Assembly (NCBI GenBank): GCA_963675755.2
Contig: CAXXMD010000002.1
Span: 1 to 64,000 of the forward strand
Direction: 5' to 3'
Origin: a bacterium
Lineage (GTDB): Bacteria > Zhuqueibacterota > Zhuqueibacteria > Residuimicrobiales > Krinioviventaceae
DNA length: 64,000 bases
Below the pieces are notes generated by a model that searched no databases, had not been told where the DNA came from, and saw nothing but the letters and a program-made list of their open reading frames with translations. Positions 30,172 through 40,463 of this stretch are shown here, piece by piece. The first letter of the stretch is position 1; each line of letters begins with the position of its first letter. Position numbers and translations under genes: made by a program.

Positions 30172-30663
30172 TTATTTTTCTATACCAGGTTCAGTTGCAC
30201 CATAATTAACGATTTTGATTTCACCATGGGCATTGTAAAATGTGTTTCCAGCACCAACCCATGCTTTAAAGCCTCCGTCAAGATTTTTAACGTTTTTATA
30301 TCCTAACTTCTCTAATGATTGAACTGCAAGACTGCCTCTGCTTCCTGAACGACAATACAGAATCATTTCAACATCAGGATCATCTGACATTGCGGTAACT
30401 CCCCATTCCAGTTTTCCGCGAGATATCCATTTTGCACCTGCTAAATGACCGGCATCGTATTCAGCTTTGGTTCTGACATCAATAAGGTAAAATTTTTCAT
30501 CACTTTTCATTTTTTTGCTCAGATCTGATGAAGAAATATGAGAAATTGATGACTTGGCTTCTTTTACCAGTTCATCTTGTTTATCTTTTGGTGAGGCAAT
30601 AACTATATTATTCAGAGAAATAAAGAAGAATATTATCATTATCAATACGAATAGTTTTTTCAT
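30172..30663 (-). CDS. Secreted rhodanese-domain sulfurtransferase
   Basis: IDVRT, GHLAGA, YCRSGSRG, LDGGFKAW; signal peptide. Confidence 0.9.
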   Translation of the reverse strand: MKKLFVLIMIIFFFISLNNIVIASPKDKQDELVKEAKSSISHISSSDLSKKMKSDEKFYLIDVRTKAEYDAGHLAGAKWISRGKLEWGVTAMSDDPDVEMILYCRSGSRGSLAVQSLEKLGYKNVKNLDGGFKAWVGAGNTFYNAHGEIKIVNYGATEPGIEK

Positions 30664-30685
30664 GAGGAACTCCATTTTTGAAATT

Positions 30686-31210
30686 TTATTGATTAATCAG
30701 ATTCCACATCCATTGTGCCGCAACCAGTGCGGGTGATAAGAGCAGGCAACCTAATGCCACAACAATACTAATGTGGATAGTGCTAGACGTTTGAGATTGT
30801 ACCAGTTCGTAATAATAATATAAACTAGTAATCAGCACGATCAAGTTAACCAATATAATACGAATGGATTGTTTTTTCAAGTTTATTAATTGAATTAAAT
30901 GGGCAATGGTGTGAAATGTAAAAACACCCGTCATGGCAATAAACAAGTTTAATAATATTGTATTGTTCGGATTACGAGTTGAAAAGAAAGAAATTGATGA
31001 AAAAATAATAAACTCTGTAATGATTGCAAACTTGAATTCACTAATAGAGATATCAAAGGATTGTAATAATAATTGTTTTAGCTGGTTGTTGCCGGCAATA
31101 TCAGGTATTTTATGCTTGTTGTCATCCAACCATAAACGTATTTCTATCATCTCTTCTACATCGTGTAATATGAAAAGAAAAGGGAGTACACTGGTAATAA
31201 TTTTTAGCAT
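30686..31210 (-). CDS. HXXEE-domain membrane protein
   Basis: LHDVEE motif in TM1; multiple TM segments. Confidence 0.75.
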   Translation of the reverse strand: MLKIITSVLPFLFILHDVEEMIEIRLWLDDNKHKIPDIAGNNQLKQLLLQSFDISISEFKFAIITEFIIFSSISFFSTRNPNNTILLNLFIAMTGVFTFHTIAHLIQLINLKKQSIRIILVNLIVLITSLYYYYELVQSQTSSTIHISIVVALGCLLLSPALVAAQWMWNLINQ

Positions 31211-31215
31211 AATGA

Positions 31216-31953
31216 TTATTTGATTAAATTAAACAATTGAGTTAAAATTTCTGTTGCTTTGCCTTTTAAAAATATATCTGTTATTGTATTTGTAAATGCT
31301 GAAGGTGCTGCGTTTATTTCAATTATTGTACTTCCGGTTTCTTTTGCCTGGTAAGGAATATAGCACGCAGGCATAACTTCTCCGGTTGTTCCAATAACCA
31401 ATACCACATCTGCAAGTTCTGCCTGAATAAATGATTCATCATTAACGTGCGAAGGAATCATCTCTCCAAAGAATATAAAATCCGGCTTTAATAGTCCGCC
31501 ACATATAGGACAAGAAGGGGGGAGTACTTTTAAATTAACATCCGGTTGTCTTGATTTTACAAGACAATTTTGACACTCGAAGCGTTTGGTAGTACCATGG
31601 AATTCAAGCACATGTTTGCTGCCGGCATCCTGATGCAGGTTGTCAATATTTTGGGTAATTATGGATTTAATAATACCTTTTTCCTCAAGTTCAGCCAGTT
31701 TGATATGAGCGGCATTGGGCTTTGCATTACCCATAAACTCGTAAAATATTGTGTAAATTTTTTCCCATGATTCTTGAGGGTGTGAGTTAAAGAAATCGAG
31801 TTCAAGGCAGGTGGGGTCGTATTTTGACCATAATCCATCCGGGCCTCTAAAAGGAGGTATGCCACTTTCTACTGAAATCCCTGCTCCTGTAAATACAATG
31901 CAATGTTTAGATGTTGCTACTAAATCTGCTGCTTTTTGAATATCGTTCTGCAT
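31216..31953 (-). CDS. cobB: NAD-dependent protein deacylase (sirtuin)
   Basis: TGAGISVESGIPPFRG, TQNID, HG, two CxxC, KPD..FFGE, GTTG. Confidence 0.9.
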   Translation of the reverse strand: MQNDIQKAADLVATSKHCIVFTGAGISVESGIPPFRGPDGLWSKYDPTCLELDFFNSHPQESWEKIYTIFYEFMGNAKPNAAHIKLAELEEKGIIKSIITQNIDNLHQDAGSKHVLEFHGTTKRFECQNCLVKSRQPDVNLKVLPPSCPICGGLLKPDFIFFGEMIPSHVNDESFIQAELADVVLVIGTTGEVMPACYIPYQAKETGSTIIEINAAPSAFTNTITDIFLKGKATEILTQLFNLIK

Positions 31954-32024
31954 TCCTGATCTTTCATTTGTATCAATGAATTTACAAATAATCTGTCAAC
32001 AATACAAAAAGTATATTTGGGCAT

Positions 32025-32125
32025 AAAAAAAGCTCCCAAATGATGGATTGGGAGCTTTAGGAGGAGGATTGCAAGGAATAATAAACATCAATTGTTTTAT
32101 ATTAATTGCTGCTTTAAAAATGTAA
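32025..32125 (-). ncRNA. Putative ~100-nt sRNA with CCUCCUCCU directly before a terminator (5' end uncertain)
   Basis: Minus strand ...TCCTCCTCCT-AAAGCTCCCAA-N8-TTGGGAGCTTTTTTT; no minus-strand gene upstream for this terminator to serve; weak GG-N10-GC at 32150-32137. Confidence 0.4.
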
Positions 32126-32222
32126 CAGTAGGTTATGCTAATATCTTCCCGATTTTTTTAAATTTTATTTGGAATAAATTTACCTGAATACGAATTGTTT
32201 AATAATAAAGTGGATAATTATT

Positions 32223-33083
32223 ATGATTATAATAAAATTTCCCCTTTGGGGTGTTTTTGGCTTTATATTGATGATAGCCGGTTGGGCATTTAACTGGTTT
32301 TATCCGGGTATGCGTTCACATCTCTTTTTCTTTCCTCTCTGGCTTGGATATAGTTTGGTCATAGATGCATGGGTTTTTAGTCGCAAGGGAACATCACTCT
32401 ACTTTAGATCCGTTTCGCGATATGTGGGATTATTTGTTCTATCAGCTCCGGTATGGTGGATCTTTGAATTAATAAACTGGAGAATGCAAAACTGGCTTTA
32501 CCTGGGACGCGATTCATTTACACATTTTCAGTATTTTGTGTTTGCCAGTATCAATTTTTCTACTGTGATTCCTGCGGTTTTTGGAACAGCAGAGCTTGTG
32601 GGCTCGTTTCTATGGGTTAACAGTTTAAGAAAAGGGCCTGTAATTCAACCCTCGTTACGTTTAACTGTTTCATTGTTTTTGTCTGGCATATCCGGTTTTC
32701 TTTTGTTAATGCTGTGGCCTCGTTATTTCTACCCGTTTGCCTGGATCTCGTTGTATTTGGTTTTTGAATCTCTAAACGTTTGGTTAGGTAACCGCTCTCT
32801 TTTGTTTTATTTGAAAAAAGGAGATTGGAGACCGGTAATTTCTTTGGCTCTGGGATGTTTAATTACCGGATTCTTTTGGGAATTTTGGAATTATTATTCT
32901 TATCCCAAATGGATATACCATGTACCTTTTGTTGATTTTTTAAATGTTTTTGAGATGCCAATTCTTGGATTTTTGGGATACATTCCTTTTTCATTCGAAT
33001 TGTTTGTAATATATTATTTTGTAGAAAGCATTTTTAACCGTTCAACAAACAATTCTTATATATCTATTGTTAAAGATGATTAA
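32223..33083 (+). CDS. Trp-rich polytopic membrane protein of unknown function
   Basis: About 8 TM segments; WWIFELIN...NW.Y, WEFWNY...KW.Y, FEMPILGFLGY. Confidence 0.7.
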   Translation: MIIIKFPLWGVFGFILMIAGWAFNWFYPGMRSHLFFFPLWLGYSLVIDAWVFSRKGTSLYFRSVSRYVGLFVLSAPVWWIFELINWRMQNWLYLGRDSFTHFQYFVFASINFSTVIPAVFGTAELVGSFLWVNSLRKGPVIQPSLRLTVSLFLSGISGFLLLMLWPRYFYPFAWISLYLVFESLNVWLGNRSLLFYLKKGDWRPVISLALGCLITGFFWEFWNYYSYPKWIYHVPFVDFLNVFEMPILGFLGYIPFSFELFVIYYFVESIFNRSTNNSYISIVKDD

Positions 33084-33167
33084 TCTTTTTAAATTCTCTT
33101 GTCATCAACTCTTTCTTGCTTTCTGCCTGACACCCAAAAATTATAATTCTTTAGTCCAAGAGGTTTT

Positions 33168-33827
33168 ATGAGCAACATCAATGATATGACAAGTGATCCG
33201 ATCAAACAAGAGATTATGGAACAGCGTGTTTACGAAATGTTAATTAATATGCAGCAACGTCGTTCTGTTCGAAAATTTTCCCCCAAACCAGTGCCTGTAA
33301 ATATTATTAAAAATTGTATCAGGGTAGCTGCGTCAGCACCCAGTGGGGCCAATCAACAGCCGTGGCATTTTGTTATTGTTTCTGATCCATTAATCAAGAA
33401 ACAGATACGAACAGAAGCAGAAAAAATAGAATATGATTTTTATACACGGACGGCACCCCAATCCTGGTTAGATGCCCTGAAACCCTTTGGAACCAATTTT
33501 GAGAAACCTTTTCTTGAAGAAGCTCCTTTTTTAATTGTATTATTTATGAAAAAATATGATTTAAATCCTGATGGAACCATAATCAGACATTATTATCCAT
33601 TAGAATCTGCAAGTATATCTTTGGGTATGCTTTTAACAGCTATTCATACCGCCGGTCTTTCATCACTCGTATATACACCTGCCAAAATGGGATTTTTAAA
33701 ATCCCTTCTTAACCGTCCTGATAACGAAAAAGCATTATCTATTGTTGTTGCAGGATTTGCGAATCCTGATTCTGTTAAACCATCAATAACAAAAAAGCCG
33801 CTAAATGAATTTGTTACCTTGTTTTAA
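33168..33827 (+). CDS. Nitroreductase, iodotyrosine-deiodinase (IYD)-like subgroup
   Basis: RRSVRKFS, APSGANQQPW, E...Y (IEYDFY), GT..EKPFLEEAP, AGLSSLVYTP. Confidence 0.75.
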   Translation: MSNINDMTSDPIKQEIMEQRVYEMLINMQQRRSVRKFSPKPVPVNIIKNCIRVAASAPSGANQQPWHFVIVSDPLIKKQIRTEAEKIEYDFYTRTAPQSWLDALKPFGTNFEKPFLEEAPFLIVLFMKKYDLNPDGTIIRHYYPLESASISLGMLLTAIHTAGLSSLVYTPAKMGFLKSLLNRPDNEKALSIVVAGFANPDSVKPSITKKPLNEFVTLF

Positions 33828-33844
33828 TATGTAATTCAATATTT

Positions 33845-33860
33845 TGGAATAGTTTATGCT
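33845..33860 (+). promoter_or_regulatory. Putative sigma54 (-24/-12) promoter
   Basis: TGGAATAGTTTATGCT = GG-N10-GC, just upstream of GAGGAG. Confidence 0.5.
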
Positions 33861-33981
33861 TACTTTTTTTACTTGATGAGGAGATTATACTATTCTGGTA
33901 GAAAATAAAATAAATAATAATCTTGATCTGCCAATACTTTATACCAGAGCAGAAAATAAACGAAAGATTATACACAGTAAT

Positions 33982-36270
33982 TTGATGATGGGCAAGTTAT
34001 TGGGCCTGGATGTTATTCCAATAAATTTGTATTATCAAGACTGGATATTTAAAGATGATGTTAATAAAATTTCCAGTTGTATTAATAATCTTACCATCGA
34101 ACATAGTGATTTTGAAATTGATTATCGCATAATTGCCCATAACGGAAAAATATTTCATGTTGTAGAAAAAGGTAATTGTGTATTTACTCAGGAAAATGAA
34201 CCCGATTATATTCAATCCGTTATTATAGATATATCATTTGTTAATAACGAAAAATCAGATTCTACTAATCCTCTTGAATTAAATAGAAAATTATTATCAC
34301 AGGTGCTTGAAAGCACTACAATACCCAAATTCATTATAGATAACAATCATCGGGTTTTTTATTGGAATCAACCCTGTGAGAGGCTTACTGGTGTTTCTGC
34401 AAATGAAATGCTGGGTACCAAAGGGCATTGGAGCCTTTTTTATGGCAAACATAGACCTGTTTTAATTGATTTAATGTTAAAAAAAGATCCCAGTAAAGAT
34501 ATTAAAGAGTGGTATGGCAATAAAATTAAACCCTCTTCATTGATGCAGGGAGCTTATGAAGGAGAAGATTTTTTCCCAAGATTGGGGGAAAATGGATTAT
34601 GGCTTCATTTTGTTGCAATGCCTATAAAAGATGAATTGGGCAATATTATTGGAGCTTTTGAAACCATACAGGATATGACTGAACATTACAACACTTTGAA
34701 TCAAATCAAAGTGAGCGAAGAACGGTTTAGATATCTCTTTGAAAACGCGAATGATATAATATATACACATGATTTAAAAGGTGTACTCACTTCGGTTAAT
34801 CCGCTTGGAATTGAACTCTTTGGCTATAATTATGATGAAATTATTGGCATGTCTATATCTCAACTTGTAGATGCTTCTTATTTGACTGAAGCCAGACAAA
34901 TGCTGCAGCGAAAAGTTGATGGAGAGATAACAACAGGACCTTATGAGTTATTGACTATCAGCAAAAGAGGAGAAGCAATTTGGCTGGAAGTCAACTCTCG
35001 TTTGATCTTACAGGATGGTACACCAAAAGAAATACAAGGTATTGCAAGAAACATTACAGATAGAAAAAAAAGTGAAATGCTTTTGCATGTTTTAAACCGT
35101 GCTTCACATGCAATGATGAAACAATTAAGCAAAAAAGACATTTATGATCATCTTATAACATTGTTATTAGAAATGGGATATAGTACAATGTTGTTCAAGT
35201 GTGAAGATAAAGGTAAATATGCATTTCTGGATTATTATGGATTTGAAGATAATCGTTTAATGCTTGTAGAATCGTTATTGAAAATTGACGTCAAGAAATT
35301 TCAGCTGTCAATTGATAACGTTGATATGTTAAATAATGTATATCATAATCGGAAAAGCTTGTTTTGTAACAACATTTCGGCAATGCTGAAACAAATGTTG
35401 CCTAAAAAGATGCATTTTTTTATACCTCAAATTTTAAAATTAATGAAAGTAAAACAGTTTATTGCAGCTCCTGTTATTGTAAATAATAGGGTTGTTGGTG
35501 TGTTTTGTGTATTAAGCAATGAATTGTTTGCTGGTGATGTACCTGCAATATCTGCATTTGCGAATCAAATGGCAACAGCACTAAACAACGCAAGTTTATA
35601 TGAAAAGATACAAAAAGAATTGAGTGAAAAGATTAAAGCTGAAAAGATTATTGAAGATTCATTAAAGGAAAAAGAAGTATTATTAAAAGAAATCCATCAT
35701 CGGGTTAAAAATAATTTGCAAATTATCCTCAGTCTTTTAAATCTGCAATCCCGTAAATTAAAAGATAAACAGTCTCTCGAATCTTTTCAGGTTGCTAAAA
35801 ACAGAGTCCATTCCCTGGCACTCGTCCATGAACGTTTGTATCAAAGCCAGGACCTGGTGAATATAGATTTTAGAGAATATATTATTTCAGTTGTTCAGCA
35901 TTTATTTTATTCCTATGAGATTACAGGCAAGATAGAGCTGGATGTAAATGTCACGGACATACAACTCGATATTGATAATGCTATTCCTTGCGGCTTGCTC
36001 ATTAATGAACTGGTTACCAATTCATTGAAACATGCTTTTCCTGCCGGCAGGAAAGGGAAAATACAGATCGGTTTAAAGGCCGATTCATCTGGAAATAAAG
36101 AACTTGTTGTAGCAGATGATGGTATAGGATTTTCTACAGATTTGGATCATACGAAAACAGATACATTGGGAATGAATTTAATCAGAGTTTTAACCCGCCA
36201 ACTGAATGGTACCTTTGATATTGAAAATGAAAAAGGAACAAGATTTGTTTGTAAATTTACCGGGGTTTAA
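33982..36270 (+). CDS. Multi-PAS/GAF sensor histidine kinase (HisKA_2 type); real start may be ATT at 33892
   Basis: PAS domains, GAF, EIHHRVKNNLQ, NELVTNSLKHAF, DDGIG, LGMNLI; frame stays open upstream to 33880. Confidence 0.9.
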   Translation: MMMGKLLGLDVIPINLYYQDWIFKDDVNKISSCINNLTIEHSDFEIDYRIIAHNGKIFHVVEKGNCVFTQENEPDYIQSVIIDISFVNNEKSDSTNPLELNRKLLSQVLESTTIPKFIIDNNHRVFYWNQPCERLTGVSANEMLGTKGHWSLFYGKHRPVLIDLMLKKDPSKDIKEWYGNKIKPSSLMQGAYEGEDFFPRLGENGLWLHFVAMPIKDELGNIIGAFETIQDMTEHYNTLNQIKVSEERFRYLFENANDIIYTHDLKGVLTSVNPLGIELFGYNYDEIIGMSISQLVDASYLTEARQMLQRKVDGEITTGPYELLTISKRGEAIWLEVNSRLILQDGTPKEIQGIARNITDRKKSEMLLHVLNRASHAMMKQLSKKDIYDHLITLLLEMGYSTMLFKCEDKGKYAFLDYYGFEDNRLMLVESLLKIDVKKFQLSIDNVDMLNNVYHNRKSLFCNNISAMLKQMLPKKMHFFIPQILKLMKVKQFIAAPVIVNNRVVGVFCVLSNELFAGDVPAISAFANQMATALNNASLYEKIQKELSEKIKAEKIIEDSLKEKEVLLKEIHHRVKNNLQIILSLLNLQSRKLKDKQSLESFQVAKNRVHSLALVHERLYQSQDLVNIDFREYIISVVQHLFYSYEITGKIELDVNVTDIQLDIDNAIPCGLLINELVTNSLKHAFPAGRKGKIQIGLKADSSGNKELVVADDGIGFSTDLDHTKTDTLGMNLIRVLTRQLNGTFDIENEKGTRFVCKFTGV

Positions 36271-36418
36271 GATTGATTGATAAACGGAACTTTTTGCTTT
36301 TTTTATTTGTTATAATTAATAATTACTAATTTAAGGGGATTGTAATAAAAAGCTTTTTTAGGTATTAGGGCTTTTTAAATAGTTTATAAAATAACGCAAA
36401 ACCAAAAGGGGAAAAACT

Positions 36419-37069
36419 GTGTTTAAAAAGATTATTTTATTTGTATTATTGATGTTTACAGGATTCCAATGTACAACCAACAAGGATCCTCTGAGCTCTA
36501 ATATTGCAGAACCGGATACTGTAATTGACCGTAAACCAAACATCTATATCTATCCTCCAAGTGCCTGTGATATGACATTGGCATTATCCTTTCCCAAAGG
36601 AGGACGCGTTACTGTTTCAGAACCACCTTATTTGAATGGCTGGTCATTTCATGTAGAGCCATCCGGATTGATTGATAATCAATATCGTTATCTTTATTAT
36701 GAATCTGCTATTCCTGCAATCACTCAACCTGACGGATGGATTGTCAAGCGTTCTTCTTTGACCGAATTTATTGTGCAAAACATGCAGGCTTGTGGTTTTA
36801 ATTCAACAGAGATAAAAGATTTTACAGATTATTGGATTCCTCTGCTAAATGATCACCCTTATTATAAAATATGCCCGGTTTATACCGATCAAATAGAGCA
36901 GTATGTCAAATTTGAATTATCAATCATCCCTGATAGTGTACTTCGCGTCATTTATTTGATACAAGGATTAAAGGATAATGAGCTTGTTCAGATTCAAGAA
37001 CCTTCAATCCCACTGTTTACAAGAAACGGTTTTACTATTGTGGAATGGGGTGTGATTTTGCTGGAATAA
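36419..37069 (+). CDS. Lipoprotein with KPxIYxYP domain, function unknown
   Basis: Lipobox-like FQC; RKPNIYIYP, YRYLYYE, DFTDYW, VEWGV. Confidence 0.7.
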   Translation: MFKKIILFVLLMFTGFQCTTNKDPLSSNIAEPDTVIDRKPNIYIYPPSACDMTLALSFPKGGRVTVSEPPYLNGWSFHVEPSGLIDNQYRYLYYESAIPAITQPDGWIVKRSSLTEFIVQNMQACGFNSTEIKDFTDYWIPLLNDHPYYKICPVYTDQIEQYVKFELSIIPDSVLRVIYLIQGLKDNELVQIQEPSIPLFTRNGFTIVEWGVILLE

Positions 37070-37179
37070 TAATTCGACATATACCATTACCGCCTTGAAT
37101 TAATCCCCGAAAATGAAATATTTAAATATCATTTCTATGTTAATATTTGTAAATCACCTTAATTTAAGAGGAGGAAGAT

Positions 37180-37542
37180 ATGCGACCACATATCGATCAA
37201 ACTTCTTTTGGGTGGATTACTATAGAAGGGGAAGCCTTTAATCATGATATTACCATCAACCTGCATGGACATGTGCTGAAAAGGAAGAAGCGTCTTTCAA
37301 AAGAAATTTATGGCACTTCTCATAATATATCCAAACCCGAAGCAGAAGCAATGTATGAATATGGCGCCGAGTCAGTTATTATTGGCTGCGGACAATATGG
37401 ACTTGCAAAACTATCTGATGAAGCAGATCAGTTTTTTAAAGAACATCATTGTAATGTTAGTATTCTGCCTACACCTCAGGCCGTCAAAGTGTGGAATGAT
37501 ATGCATGGCAGAGTCATTGGTATGTTTCACGTTACATGTTGA
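37180..37542 (+). CDS. Mth938/DUF498-like protein
   Basis: FGWITI, KRKKRLSK..YGTSH, IIGCGQYG, FHVTC. Confidence 0.85.
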   Translation: MRPHIDQTSFGWITIEGEAFNHDITINLHGHVLKRKKRLSKEIYGTSHNISKPEAEAMYEYGAESVIIGCGQYGLAKLSDEADQFFKEHHCNVSILPTPQAVKVWNDMHGRVIGMFHVTC

Positions 37543-37626
37543 GAGGTTGTAAAGCAGAGATTAATTTAAAAATATCTTGTACCTTTAATACGTTTTTGTA
37601 TTTTACAATATGTAAAATAAAGGTGC

Positions 37627-37903
37627 GTGATGAAAAATTTTCCCCGTCTTTTTCTGTTCTTGTTGGTTTTGAACAAGCTCTTGATTGCTTTTCCTGGTAC
37701 CGTTCAGGATTCAATATCCCTTTCTTTTCGATTTGCTACGGGTTTGACTTTTGATGGAGCGGCTTTATGGTTGGCAGATCATAAAGCTGATGTATTGGCC
37801 TGCATTAATCCGGTAAATGGAGAGGTGATTCGTACCATCCCATCTCCCGGGTTCTGGCCTGCCGGTCTTGAGTGAGTAACAAGTATTTGTAGTCTGTTGA
37901 TAC
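37627..37903 (+). pseudogene. Truncated relic of a secreted beta-propeller (glutaminyl-cyclase-like repeat) protein
   Basis: TGLTFDGAALWLAD...SPGFWPAGLE*, then shifted NKYL*SVD; both stops fall where the repeat predicts Trp. Confidence 0.6.
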
Positions 37904-38158
37904 GTCACAGATTAAGTATTTTAACCTGTTTTTCCTATTAGACTCCTTTTAAAAGCATTAGAGTATGGGAACCACTAGAATAATAGAGATGCATTGGGAT
38001 ACTTGAAATTTAAAACAAATTTAGAATAAAAAAAAAGTATGGCTTTTTGTCATTAAACTCGTTATTTTTTAGCTGGTAACTGGTTAATATCCGGATGCTT
38101 GTTCCTTGGGTTCATATTACAACCATTATCCAATCCAATAAATCCTTTAGGAGGGAAA

Positions 38159-39889
38159 ATGTTAGAGTATACAGAGAGAATCGATCCGTTTACCGGAGAG
38201 ATGTATGTGCAGGTACCGTTCAAGGGCTTGTTTTTAACTGAACATCCTATTTATAACAAAGGTACCGCATTTCCGGAAAATGAGCGCTATTCTCTGGGAC
38301 TGTGTGGCTTGCTGCCGGATGGTGTGGCTTCATTAGAATTGCAAAAGCAGCGTACCTATGCTAATTTTTGCACCAAAACTGATGCCCTGGAAAAATATAT
38401 CTATATGATATCGCTTCAGGACAGAAACGAAACTTTGTTTTACAGTCTGTTATTGGACCATTTGGAAGAAATGCTGCCCATTGTATACACACCCACAGTT
38501 GGTCAGGCTTGTCAAAGATTCAGCCATTTGTACAGAAGACGTAGAGGCATTTATGTGTCTGTACATAATATTCACCATGTAGACGAGATCTTGAAAAATG
38601 CATCTTTTAGCAACATTTCTCTGATTGTTGCAACTGACGGAGAACGAATTCTTGGTTTGGGTGATCAGGGTGCCGGCGGTATGGGAATCCCAATAGGCAA
38701 GATCAGTCTTTATATTGCCGCTGCGGGTTTGCATCCTGCGTATACACTGCCCGTAATGCTGGATGTAGGTACCAATAACGAAGCACTTTTGGAAGATCCG
38801 CTTTATATCGGTGTAAGACAAAAACGATTGACCGGTGATGCTTATGACGCGTTTATTGAACAATTTGTTGCAGCAGTGCGCAGACGCTTTCCGCGTGCAC
38901 TTTTGCAATGGGAAGATATTGGTAAAAATAATGCTTTCCGCGTACTGGACCGCTACCAGGAGCGTATTACATCTTTTAATGATGATATTCAGGGAACCGG
39001 CTCTGTTGCATTGAGTGTTTTTCTATCAGCAATGAAAATTAAAAAGCAAAAATTGGGTGATCAAAAAATTGTTATATTTGGACAGGGACAAGCAGGTCTG
39101 GGAATAGCCCGACAACTTGTTGCCGGAATGATAGCTGAAGGCTTGAGTGAGCAGGAAGCCAGAGACAGGATATTTGGTATTGATAAAGACGGTCTTTTGG
39201 TTGAGGGAATGCAAGTTACAGCAGAACAGGAATTCCTGTTAAAATCCCGGGCAATGGTTGGAGAATGGAAACTTGAAAATCCCAATAAAATTACCTTGTT
39301 GGACACAATCAAGAATACAGGCGCCACTGCATTGATAGGAGTAACCGGACAAACCGGTGCTTTTGACGAAACGATCTTGAAGCAATTGTCTGAAAATTCT
39401 GATCTGCCTTTGATTATGCCCTTGTCTAATCCTACTGCCAAAACCGAATGTGTGCCCGAAACTGCCATTAAAGCCACGAATGGAAATTGTTTGATCGCAA
39501 CCGGCAGCCCGTTTGCTCCTGTAGAGTATAATGGTAAATCGCATATAGTTTCGCAGTGTAATAATCTGTATATCTTTCCGGGAGTAGGACTCGGTGCGCT
39601 GGTTTCCGGCACTCCCAAAGTCACGAACGAGATGTTTATTGCAGCATCCCGTGCGTTGAGTGATATGCTTACCCAGGATGAACTGGATTCCGGCAGACTA
39701 TTGCCGCAAATTGATCAGATACGTCAGGTATCGGAAAATGTGGCAGTCGCTGTTGCGGTTGAAGCGCGGGACAGTGAACTCGGCCTGCGCAAAGATGAAG
39801 ACGAACTCCGTAAAATGGTTAAACAGGCCATGTGGCAGCCGCAGTATTTGCCATACCGTTATAAAAGACAAGATGGGGAATTGTACTAG
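38159..39889 (+). CDS. maeA: NAD-dependent malic enzyme
   Basis: YNKGTAF, PIVYTPTVG, TDGERILGLGDQG, FNDDIQGTG, PLSNPT, QCNNLYIFPG; RBS GGAGG. Confidence 0.93.
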   Translation: MLEYTERIDPFTGEMYVQVPFKGLFLTEHPIYNKGTAFPENERYSLGLCGLLPDGVASLELQKQRTYANFCTKTDALEKYIYMISLQDRNETLFYSLLLDHLEEMLPIVYTPTVGQACQRFSHLYRRRRGIYVSVHNIHHVDEILKNASFSNISLIVATDGERILGLGDQGAGGMGIPIGKISLYIAAAGLHPAYTLPVMLDVGTNNEALLEDPLYIGVRQKRLTGDAYDAFIEQFVAAVRRRFPRALLQWEDIGKNNAFRVLDRYQERITSFNDDIQGTGSVALSVFLSAMKIKKQKLGDQKIVIFGQGQAGLGIARQLVAGMIAEGLSEQEARDRIFGIDKDGLLVEGMQVTAEQEFLLKSRAMVGEWKLENPNKITLLDTIKNTGATALIGVTGQTGAFDETILKQLSENSDLPLIMPLSNPTAKTECVPETAIKATNGNCLIATGSPFAPVEYNGKSHIVSQCNNLYIFPGVGLGALVSGTPKVTNEMFIAASRALSDMLTQDELDSGRLLPQIDQIRQVSENVAVAVAVEARDSELGLRKDEDELRKMVKQAMWQPQYLPYRYKRQDGELY

Positions 39890-40074
39890 CATTTGAAATC
39901 CATACGAAATGTAATTGGAATAAAAATTAGCCTGGCATAAAAGTGCCAGGCTAATACTGAATCCGATGAGGGATTTTTATTATTAACAAGAATATTAAAA
40001 TCAGAGTCTGGGTTTTCATTACGTTTATTTGTATTGGACCATATTTATCCAGAAGAAGCCTTTACCTTACCAAT

Positions 40075-40413
40075 GTGCCTAATTATCGATTTTCGCAATC
40101 CACTGAAGAAATAATGTATCAAGCCTCTTTTCAACCAAACAGATTTATATATGTGTCTGCTGTAGAGATTAAGAATAGAACTTCTTTAAGTAATGATATA
40201 ATTGTCAGAGTTTTACCTCATAATTGGAATGGTAATATTAGCAAGATGGTCCCAATTTTTAGTACACATATTTCTCAGTATTTTTTTTATGCAGTACTTG
40301 AAAATGAGACGCTTGATGGAGAAGAAAGCGTTTGGTGGCAAGAACATTATATATGGACCCCCTGGAAATGGTATCATTTACGTTTCTTTTCAAAAATGAC
40401 AGGGTGTGCGTAG
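40075..40413 (+). CDS. Hypothetical protein (frame open upstream to 39970; start uncertain)
   Basis: ORF track; upstream in-frame hydrophobic stretch follows a GAGGG with only ATT as candidate start. Confidence 0.35.
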   Translation: MPNYRFSQSTEEIMYQASFQPNRFIYVSAVEIKNRTSLSNDIIVRVLPHNWNGNISKMVPIFSTHISQYFFYAVLENETLDGEESVWWQEHYIWTPWKWYHLRFFSKMTGCA

Positions 40414-40463
40414 AGCAAATTCATAACTGGCAATATTCATAAATTAATAACCAGGGAAACAAA

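Noticed and set aside
31216-31953. Sir2 protein as an anti-phage NADase (Thoeris/DSR)
   Set aside because: Canonical ~245-aa CobB with Zn ribbon and no defence partner genes.
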